Shown: positions 57,701-64,000 of the stretch, one piece after another
Position numbering within the stretch: the first letter of the stretch is position 1
How the letters are laid out: each line of letters opens with the position of its first letter
Position numbers and translations under genes: made by a program
Notes under the pieces: model-generated
Databases searched by the model: none
Told to the model about the DNA's origin: nothing
The model's input: only the letters and a program-made list of their open reading frames with translations
Source of the DNA: an uncultured bacterium
Lineage (GTDB): Bacteria; Armatimonadota; Abditibacteriia; Abditibacteriales; Abditibacteriaceae
NCBI GenBank assembly: GCA_963843795.1
Contig: CAWJLW010000006.1
Coordinates: forward strand, 1,054,001 to 1,118,000
Length of the DNA: 64,000 bases
Direction of reading: 5' to 3'

Positions 57701-58486
57701 TCAATCGTCTTCTATTGTAAATAACCACAACACAGTTTTGTTCTTTCCGTCGACCGCATCGTTCACATTATGCGTTTGCATTAGCGAATTTAATTTTTGA
57801 GCTTTCACATGGCCGTCGCAGTACAAAACATTGGTCGTTTCCAGATGCCGCTCGACGATTTTATCCAACTGACGCTGACCGTTGATAATCGTCACCGGCG
57901 GCACGCTCGTGGCATCGGCCCAACTAAAGCCGTAAGATCCATTGGCTTCCTCGCGGTTATTCGTATCAGTGGCCCAAACAATTTGCGAAGGCGAACCTAA
58001 CGACGCCAAAGTCACTGTATAAGCCGCCGAACGTGGCGGCGTTTGCGCATCGCCTGCATTGCGATAAGCGCCATTTTGTCCGTACGAACCGTAAGCGATG
58101 CTGCTTTTCCCGTTGGGGATGTTTTTGCTGTAAACAAAGCTCGCGCCACCATCGCTGGGACAAACGAAAATCTGCTCGCTTTTCACATACGGGTAAATTG
58201 CGTCCATCCATTTATACGCTGTGCTATTATTGGTTTCATTGGCCACGCCGCCGACCGCTGAAGGTGGCAACGACTCGTCATAATCCCCGATATATTGCAG
58301 CAAACCTAGACCGATTTGCTTCAAATTCGATTGGCAACTGGCCCTCCGCGCATTTTCGCGCGCACGCGCAAAAACCGGAAACAAAATGGCGGCGAGAATG
58401 GCGATTATCGCTATCACAACGAGCAGTTCAATGAGCGTAAAAGCCGATTTACGACGGTGCAAGTACTTGCGGGACAGTAGAAACAT
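57701..58486 (-). CDS. Prepilin-type N-terminal cleavage / DUF1559 / H-X9-DG protein
   Basis: [62 protein letters not shown]. Confidence 0.93.
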   Translation of the reverse strand: MFLLSRKYLHRRKSAFTLIELLVVIAIIAILAAILFPVFARARENARRASCQSNLKQIGLGLLQYIGDYDESLPPSAVGGVANETNNSTAYKWMDAIYPYVKSEQIFVCPSDGGASFVYSKNIPNGKSSIAYGSYGQNGAYRNAGDAQTPPRSAAYTVTLASLGSPSQIVWATDTNNREEANGSYGFSWADATSVPPVTIINGQRQLDKIVERHLETTNVLYCDGHVKAQKLNSLMQTHNVNDAVDGKNKTVLWLFTIEDD

Positions 58487-59564
58487 GATCGGGGTGAAAA
58501 AGTGTCAAATTATCGCGGTGAATCGCTTCGCGTGGTGCGGTTCGATTCAGAACTACAGAGACTTGGGACGAATGTCGGCCCGCAATGCTCCGCAAATCCG
58601 CAGCCGAAAAATTGCTAACGCCGCGCCCATACTCGCCGCGTTCGTCGCAAATCGAAACTGTTTCACCCGCTTCGAAGTCGCCTTCGACACTGATGATTCC
58701 AATCGGCAATAGCGACGATCCGCGCTGCTGTAAGATTTCGCGCGCTTCGCTTTTCATCATCAATCGGCCACGCGTTGTCCGTCCATAAGCGATCCAGCGT
58801 TTGCGTCCACTGAGAGTGGCGACCGGCAAAAATCGCGTGCCGATGCTTTCGCCACGCGCCACGCGACTGACAATTTCGGGCGCGCGCCCATGCGCAATCA
58901 CAAATTCAATTCCCGCTTGTGTCGCAATGCGTGCCGCTTCGATTTTGGTTTTCATGCCGCCAGTTCCGCCAACTGAACCTGCGCCACCTGCTGCGGCTTC
59001 GATTTCCGGTGTGATTTGCGCGATTAAGTTTTCTGGCGCCGATTTTTCCGGCAGATAAAAACCGTCGATGTCGCTCAACAACAAGACGCAGTTCGCTTCT
59101 GCAACGAGCGCAGTCAAAGATGCCAGCGCGTCGTTGTCGCCGAAGCGAATTTCTTCTGTCGCGACAGTGTCGTTTTCGTTGACAATCGGGACGACATTCC
59201 ATGAAAACAACTGCGTCATCGTATGGCGAGCGTTCAAAAATCGCCGCCGGTCACCTATGTCGCCGCGCGTCAAAAGCAGTTGCGCGACCGGTAACTGATG
59301 GCGCTCGAACGTGCGCCGATACGCGCGCATCAGCAAACTTTGCCCAATCGCAGCGGCGGCTTGTTTTTCTGCCAAAGTCACCGCGCGCGCGCGTCCGATA
59401 ACGTCCAAACCCACGCGCACCGCGCCGGACGTGACAACGACTACGCGCCAATTTTCCGCGCGTAATTCGTCAATCTGATTCGCCAAATCGTCAAGAAACT
59501 TTTCATCGACGGCACCATCCCGAATAAGCGTGCTGGTGCCAATTTTCACCACTAACGTTTTCAT
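58449..59564 (-). CDS. proB: Glutamate 5-kinase
   Basis: [39 protein letters not shown] domain. Confidence 0.96.
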   Translation of the reverse strand: MKTLVVKIGTSTLIRDGAVDEKFLDDLANQIDELRAENWRVVVVTSGAVRVGLDVIGRARAVTLAEKQAAAAIGQSLLMRAYRRTFERHQLPVAQLLLTRGDIGDRRRFLNARHTMTQLFSWNVVPIVNENDTVATEEIRFGDNDALASLTALVAEANCVLLLSDIDGFYLPEKSAPENLIAQITPEIEAAAGGAGSVGGTGGMKTKIEAARIATQAGIEFVIAHGRAPEIVSRVARGESIGTRFLPVATLSGRKRWIAYGRTTRGRLMMKSEAREILQQRGSSLLPIGIISVEGDFEAGETVSICDERGEYGRGVSNFSAADLRSIAGRHSSQVSVVLNRTAPREAIHRDNLTLFHPDHVSTVPQVLAPS

Positions 59565-59573
59565 TTGTGTGTC

Positions 59574-59688
59574 TTCAGTGCGCCGCAAAGTCTGCAAAGG
59601 GAAAAGAAAAATGAGAAAACAGCCCGGCAGGTACTTGCAGGGCGAATTCTTCCAAGCTCTTTGCGTGCTTCGTGTCCTTTGCGGTGAA
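59574..59688. repeat. ~115-bp inverted-repeat element with central GCAGGTACTTGC (copy 3)
   Basis: Left TTCAGTGCGCCGCAAAGTCTGCAAAG; right reverse complement TTCACCGCAAAGGACACGAAGCACGCAAAG; motif variant at 59627-59639. Confidence 0.5.
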
Positions 59689-59690
59689 TG

Positions 59691-60998
59691 TTATTCTTCA
59701 AATTCAAAAGCAATTTCGCCAACATGAACCAAATCGCCCGGCTTGACGCCCGCTTTTTTCATATCTTCCAACACGCCCTGCTGCTCCAGCAGGCGATGTA
59801 CATAAATCACCGCTTCGTGGCTTTGAATGTCAAAACGCTCAATCGTGCGTTCGAGCAAACCGCCACTCGCTTCCCATTCGCTCATGCCATCGGCGTAGCG
59901 CGCGATTTCTTTAATGCCGAACGGCTTCTGCGGATCAACGCGCGTGAGGGTTATCTCCGGCGGAATCTCGACGTTGGCATTTTCCGCACGCGCCACATCG
60001 ACCAGTTCCTGAATGCGCCACATCAGCGGCGTCAAATTTTCGCCGGTCGCAGCGGAAATCTCGAAAACTTCGCAGCCGCGCGCCAGTAATTTCGCTTTGA
60101 ATTGCGCCACTTCATCTTGATATTCTTCGTCGCCCGCGATGGCGTCAATTTTATTGATCGCCACTAATTGCGGACGTTCGATCAATTCGGGCTGCCACAT
60201 TTTTAATTCGCGATTGATGCTCATAAAAGCGCGCCAAAGCTGGGTGCAAGTACTTGCACTCGCGTCCAGCAGATGCACGAAAACCGGCGCGCGTTCGATG
60301 TGCTTTAAAAACTGATGGCCTAAGCCCGAACCTTTGTGCGCGCCACGAATCAGGCCCGGAATATCGGCTGCCACGAACTGATTCTCGGCATCCAAGCGCA
60401 CCACGCCCAAGTTCGGCACTAAAGTTGTGAACGGATAATCGGCGATCTTCGGAGTGGCCGCAGAAACCGTTGAAATTAATGTGCTTTTGCCCGCGTTGGG
60501 CAGGCCGATAAAGGCCACGTCCGCCAGAATTTTCAAGCTGAGTTTCACGTTGCGCAGTTCGGCTTTGCCACCGCGCTCGGCAAATCGCGGCGCCTGCCGC
60601 GTCGAAGAAACAAAGCGTGGATTGCCCAAACCGCCCTTCCCTCCGCGTGCCACGACAACGGTTTGGCCATCGGCCAATAAATCGGCCAGCACATTTCCAG
60701 TTTCGCTGTCAATAACCTGGGTGCCAAGCGGCACGGAAAGCACGATATCTTCGCCATCGCTGCCTTTTTTGCGCCCGCCCTGTCCGTGTTGCCCGCGCTG
60801 CGCTTTGTAATGCCGCTTGCGTGAAATGTCGATTAGCGTTTTGACTTGCACCGCAGCGCGCAAAATCACGTTGCCGCCATCGCCGCCATCGCCACCGGAC
60901 GGCCCGCCATACGGCATATATTTCTCGCGGCGAAATGCGACGACACCGTCGCCGCCGTCGCCACCTTTGAGTTCTAACGTCGTTTCATCTATAAACAT
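59691..60998 (-). CDS. obgE: GTPase ObgE
   Basis: MFIDE..GGDGG.G.VAFRREK, GLPNAGKST, DYPFTT, DIPG, NKID, C-terminal OCT domain. Confidence 0.97.
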   Translation of the reverse strand: MFIDETTLELKGGDGGDGVVAFRREKYMPYGGPSGGDGGDGGNVILRAAVQVKTLIDISRKRHYKAQRGQHGQGGRKKGSDGEDIVLSVPLGTQVIDSETGNVLADLLADGQTVVVARGGKGGLGNPRFVSSTRQAPRFAERGGKAELRNVKLSLKILADVAFIGLPNAGKSTLISTVSAATPKIADYPFTTLVPNLGVVRLDAENQFVAADIPGLIRGAHKGSGLGHQFLKHIERAPVFVHLLDASASTCTQLWRAFMSINRELKMWQPELIERPQLVAINKIDAIAGDEEYQDEVAQFKAKLLARGCEVFEISAATGENLTPLMWRIQELVDVARAENANVEIPPEITLTRVDPQKPFGIKEIARYADGMSEWEASGGLLERTIERFDIQSHEAVIYVHRLLEQQGVLEDMKKAGVKPGDLVHVGEIAFEFEE

Positions 60999-61020
60999 AA
61001 TTGGGTGCTGATAATCAGCA

Positions 61021-61049
61021 AAAAGCCGCTGCAGTTGTTCGCAGCGGCC
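61021..61049 (-). terminator. Terminator-like hairpin between the DUF2945 gene and obgE
   Basis: Minus strand GCCGCTGC-GAACAACT-GCAGCGGC-TTTTT. Confidence 0.6.
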
Positions 61050-61072
61050 TTCATTTTAACATTAAGCTGGTT

Positions 61073-61282
61073 TCATGAACGCTTGCTCAGCGCGTCCGGC
61101 TTGTGAATCGCGTGTGCGCCGGTCTCATCGCTTTTCACTTCATACTGTGGCTCGTCTTCGCTCGCGCGCACTTGATGGCCTTCTATATGTGTGTCGATCG
61201 TCACTTTGCGCACGACCGTGCCCTCAATTTTACCTTGCGAAGAATTCCAACTCACTTTGTCTCCCTGCTTGAAATCGCTCAT
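61073..61282 (-). CDS. DUF2945 (HVA1, Tudor-like) small protein
   Basis: FKQGDKVSWNS..G.I.G.V...ASEDEPQYEVKSD.TG..A.HKP.AL; SD GGAGG. Confidence 0.85.
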   Translation of the reverse strand: MSDFKQGDKVSWNSSQGKIEGTVVRKVTIDTHIEGHQVRASEDEPQYEVKSDETGAHAIHKPDALSKRS

Positions 61283-61316
61283 TCTGCCTCCTGGAATTTC
61301 AGGTTCAGGCAAGCAA

Positions 61317-61350
61317 AAACGACGCCTGCAAGTACTTGCAGGCGTCGTTT
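61317..61350. terminator. Perfect 34-bp motif-centred palindrome after rpmA
   Basis: AAACGACGCCTGCAAGTACTTGCAGGCGTCGTTT, with a U-tract on the minus strand. Confidence 0.8.
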
Positions 61351-61381
61351 CGATGCAAATCTCAATGTAAATGCAGCGAAT

Positions 61382-61669
61382 TTACGCAGCGGCTTCTTCG
61401 GCGACCGGCGCGGGATGCACCGAGATTTGACGACCACTGCTTTTGGCGCGGTGGCACGGCTCGAAAGTAACTACGCCGTGAACTTTGGCGAACAAGGTGT
61501 GATCGGTACCCAGACCAACGTTCGTGCCTGGGTGAAATTTCGTGCCGCGCTGGCGCACTAAAATGCTGCCAGCAGTAACGGTTTGACCACCAAACGCTTT
61601 GACGCCCAAACGTTGAGAATTGGAATCGCGCCCGTTGCGCGAACTGCCCATGCCTTTCTTATGTGCCAT
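61382..61669 (-). CDS. rpmA: 50S ribosomal protein L27
   Basis: [32 protein letters not shown]. Confidence 0.98.
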   Translation of the reverse strand: MAHKKGMGSSRNGRDSNSQRLGVKAFGGQTVTAGSILVRQRGTKFHPGTNVGLGTDHTLFAKVHGVVTFEPCHRAKSSGRQISVHPAPVAEEAAA

Positions 61670-61687
61670 TGAATTTGTCCTTTGTGT

Positions 61688-61999
61688 TTAAACAGAAATG
61701 CTATCGATGCGCAGCAAAGTTTGGTGCGCGCGCGAACCAATGCGGCGGCGATAATTCTTCTTTGCTTTGTACTTGAAAACGTTGATTTTCGGCCCTTTGC
61801 TGTGACGAACGACAGTCGCTGCCACTTTAGCACCCGAAACTGTGGGCGCACCGATCTGCATGTCGTCGCCTTCGCCAACCATTAAAACTTCGACGCCTTC
61901 AAAATTGCTGCCTTCGTCGTGATGCAAGCGATCTACCAAAAGCTCTTGGCCATCTTGTACACGAAATTGTTTGCCGCCCACGCGGATTAATGCGAACAT
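61688..61999 (-). CDS. rplU: 50S ribosomal protein L21
   Basis: MFALIRVGGKQFRV, GAPTV.GAKV, KYKAKKNYRR. Confidence 0.96.
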   Translation of the reverse strand: MFALIRVGGKQFRVQDGQELLVDRLHHDEGSNFEGVEVLMVGEGDDMQIGAPTVSGAKVAATVVRHSKGPKINVFKYKAKKNYRRRIGSRAHQTLLRIDSISV

Positions 62000-62050
62000 A
62001 ATTTTTCTCCCGACTAATCTGTCTTTGACTCTCTTAAAAACGCCCAGCAA

Positions 62051-62079
62051 ATTTTAGCAGCATCGCCCCTCAACGTCAA
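62051..62079 (-). promoter_or_regulatory. Sigma70-type promoter of rplU
   Basis: Minus strand TTGACG, 17 bp spacer, TAAAAT with extended TGn. Confidence 0.7.
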
Positions 62080-62098
62080 TGTCGGGATTCGAGCACAC

Positions 62099-62128
62099 TT
62101 GCCGCAGGTCGGCTGGACGCGCTATAAT
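62099..62128 (+). promoter_or_regulatory. Sigma70-type promoter of rpsB
   Basis: TTGCCG, 18 bp spacer, TATAAT. Confidence 0.65.
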
Positions 62129-62145
62129 TACAGGGTTTGTTATTT

Positions 62146-62222
62146 CGCACCCCGTTCGTTTTGGGTCGGTTCTTATTTTATCAAGGAATCGTAAACCGGA
62201 TGTGGGGATGTGTAACCCAAAG
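62146..62222 (+). promoter_or_regulatory. Candidate S2 (rpsB) leader RNA with pseudoknot
   Basis: CGCACCCC/GGGGATGTG stem; TTGGGT (62161) complementary to ACCCAA (62215), which lies just before the SD. Confidence 0.6.
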
Positions 62223-62229
62223 GAGATTT

Positions 62230-63318
62230 ATGCCCGTCAGTTCAATGAAAGACCTGTTGGAAGCCGGAGTTCACTTCGGTCATCATACGCGCAAGTGGAA
62301 CCCGAAAATGAAACGTTTCATTTACGGTGAGCGCAACGACATTTACATCATCGACCTCCACAAAACCCGCAAAAAACTTGAAGAATGCTACGAAGAAGTG
62401 CGCAAGCGCGCTTTCAACGGCGACAAATTCCTCTTTGTCGGCACCAAAAAACAAGCGCAAGATTCCATCGCCGAAGCCGCGCAAGAATGCGGCATGCACT
62501 TTGTCAACCATCGTTGGTTGGGCGGAATGCTGACCAACTGGCAGACGATTCAGGCGCGCATCGACCGCTTGAACCAGCTCGACAAGATGAACGACGATGG
62601 CACGATGGAAAAATTGCCCAAAAAAGAATCGGCGCGTTTGAACGAAGAGCGCGACAAATTGCAAATGACGCTCGGCGGCATTCGTAATATGGGCGGTTTG
62701 CCGGACGTGCTGTTTATCATCGACTGCAAGAAAGAACACATCGCAATTCAGGAAGCGCATCGCTTGGAGATTCCGATTGTTGCGGTGGTTGATACCAACT
62801 GCGATCCCGACGAAATTGATTATGTAATTCCGGGTAACGACGACGCGATTCGCGCCGTGAAACTGATGGCATCGCAGATGGCCGAAGCGATCAACGAAGG
62901 TCGCGGCATGGCGCAATCGGCGCGCGAGCAGGTCGCCGAACACGTTGGCGAAGCGGGCGGCGCGGTGCATATCGGAGAAGGTGGCCGCATCGAATATGTT
63001 GGCGCTCCGCAAATCGAAATGCCGCCGGTCGAAAATAGCGACGGTAGCAACGATGACGACGATGTGACGATGGACAGTGTTGACCTTGCGAATGCGCGCA
63101 AAGATGGCGAAGACGACGACGTGGTCGCAGAAGCCATCAATAGCGACGCGGTCGGCGTGATTGCCGAGCGCACCGGCGATCAATCCATTGCACGTCAGGA
63201 AGCGATGGGCGATGATCAACCGACTCAGGCGATGCACGCCGTCGAAGCCGCTGATCAACGCATCGGCAGCGCGCAAAGCGATCCGGCGTTAGCGGTTGGC
63301 GCAGGCGAAGAACAGTAA
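62230..63318 (+). CDS. rpsB: 30S ribosomal protein S2 with long acidic C-terminal tail
   Basis: [36 protein letters not shown]. Confidence 0.97.
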   Translation: MPVSSMKDLLEAGVHFGHHTRKWNPKMKRFIYGERNDIYIIDLHKTRKKLEECYEEVRKRAFNGDKFLFVGTKKQAQDSIAEAAQECGMHFVNHRWLGGMLTNWQTIQARIDRLNQLDKMNDDGTMEKLPKKESARLNEERDKLQMTLGGIRNMGGLPDVLFIIDCKKEHIAIQEAHRLEIPIVAVVDTNCDPDEIDYVIPGNDDAIRAVKLMASQMAEAINEGRGMAQSAREQVAEHVGEAGGAVHIGEGGRIEYVGAPQIEMPPVENSDGSNDDDDVTMDSVDLANARKDGEDDDVVAEAINSDAVGVIAERTGDQSIARQEAMGDDQPTQAMHAVEAADQRIGSAQSDPALAVGAGEEQ

Positions 63319-63329
63319 AAAGGACGTGG

Positions 63330-63378
63330 AACGCCGTGCAAGCACTTGCAGAACTTCCGCAAGTACTTGCACGGCGTT
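63330..63378. terminator. Inverted pair of motif copies forming a hairpin between rpsB and tsf
   Basis: AACGCCGTGCAAGCACTTGCA-GAACTTC-CGCAAGTACTTGCACGGCGTT followed by TT. Confidence 0.7.
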
Positions 63379-63435
63379 TTGGCGTGTGACAGACGGATTG
63401 AAACAGATAATAAACAACCATAAAGAGGTAGAAAA

Positions 63436-64000
63436 ATGGCGACAGTGAATGCGGGCGATGTGAAGCGCCTGCGCGAAATGACGAATGCGGGCATTATGGA
63501 TTGCAAACGCGCGCTGGTCGAATGCGAAGGCGATTTCGACCGCGCCGTGACTTTTCTGCGCGAAAAAGGGATCGCTGGTGCGGGCAAAAAAGCTGGCCGC
63601 GCAACCGGTGAAGGATTGATCGGTTTACACGTCAGCGAAGATGGTCAAACTGCGGGCATTATTGAATTGAACTGCGAAACCGACTTCGTAGCACGCAACG
63701 AAAACTTTCAACAGTTGGCCACGCAGTTGGCACAACAAGTCGAAGGCGGCGCTAGCGATGTCGATGTCTTGCTCAAGCAACCGTTTATCGGTGACAGCAG
63801 CAAAACCGTCGAGGAACACGTGCGCGAATCCATTGCGACTATCGGCGAGAATATCGTCGTCCAGCGTTTAGAACATTTGAAGGCCGGAAGCGGCGTTCTG
63901 GGCGCTTACGTGCATTCCGATGGAAAGCAGGCTGCGATTGTCGAAATTGCCAGCGATGCGCCGGACGAACGGGCCGAACAATTAGCGCGCGACTTGGCGA
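63436..64000 (+). CDS. tsf: Elongation factor Ts (partial; runs off the window)
   Basis: Translated by hand: MATVNAGDVKRLREMTNAGIMDCKRAL...ELNCETDFVARN; follows rpsB. Confidence 0.96.
   Translation, partial: MATVNAGDVKRLREMTNAGIMDCKRALVECEGDFDRAVTFLREKGIAGAGKKAGRATGEGLIGLHVSEDGQTAGIIELNCETDFVARNENFQQLATQLAQQVEGGASDVDVLLKQPFIGDSSKTVEEHVRESIATIGENIVVQRLEHLKAGSGVLGAYVHSDGKQAAIVEIASDAPDERAEQLARDLA

Larger units (their letters stand above)
281..63371. repeat. Dispersed highly iterated palindrome (T)GCAAGTACTTGC(A)
   Basis: Exact 12-mer starts counted by eye: 281, 819, 2136, 5363, 5622, 7648, 10190, 11358, 12131, 13900, 16919, 17265, 18903, 20419, 23705, 25565, 25894, 28088, 28132, 28278, 30349, 33084, 34795, 36044, 37401, 39176, 39670, 43255, 45321, 46087, 48018, 50233, 51309, 54036, 54169, 54181, 55786, 56808, 58459, 60246, 61328, 63359. 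Confidence 0.97.

Noticed and set aside
57701..58486. Prepilin-type gene as the receptor for the palindrome (ComP analogy)
   Set aside because: DUF1559/H-X9-DG proteins are typically large paralogous families, and nothing here links this copy to DNA binding.
62242..63276. Long antisense ORFs (62242-63276, 34158-35198, 20960-21751, 3392-4084)
   Set aside because: They shadow well-supported genes on the opposite strand and show no recognisable motifs.
281..63371. Palindromic repeats as a CRISPR array
   Set aside because: Copies are dispersed, only 12-14 bp, irregularly spaced, and no cas genes are present.
1..64000. Abundant GCGCGC/CGCG runs as a second iterated motif
   Set aside because: Plausibly explained by GCG/CGC codon preference; this cannot be separated from codon bias without a computed null.

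Overview
64-kb bacterial chromosomal window of mostly core genes: tatD, rpsF-ssb-rpsR, mfd, glf, nth, uvrC-holin-like-rapZ-yvcK, rpoZ, rplU-rpmA-obgE-proB and rpsB-tsf. These are mixed with signalling genes (Ser/Thr kinase, FHA-GAF-HD-GYP), large secreted proteins and a carbohydrate esterase/sulfatase/sugar-ABC cluster. Gene content (prepilin-type/H-X9-DG protein, DUF6785-like membrane protein) suggests an Armatimonadota/Abditibacteriota-like organism; this is inference. I saw no rRNA, tRNA, CRISPR array, transposase or prophage. The dominant unexplained signal is a highly iterated palindrome, (T)GCAAGTACTTGC(A). I counted by eye about 42 exact 12-mer copies plus about 10 near-variants, roughly one per 1.3-1.5 kb. 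It sits in most intergenic gaps and inside about 11 coding regions in all three reading frames. It also nucleates larger structures: perfect terminator-like palindromes with unrelated arms, inverted pairs, tandem arrays and a ~113-bp inverted-repeat element. All annotations come from motif recognition, not database searches.
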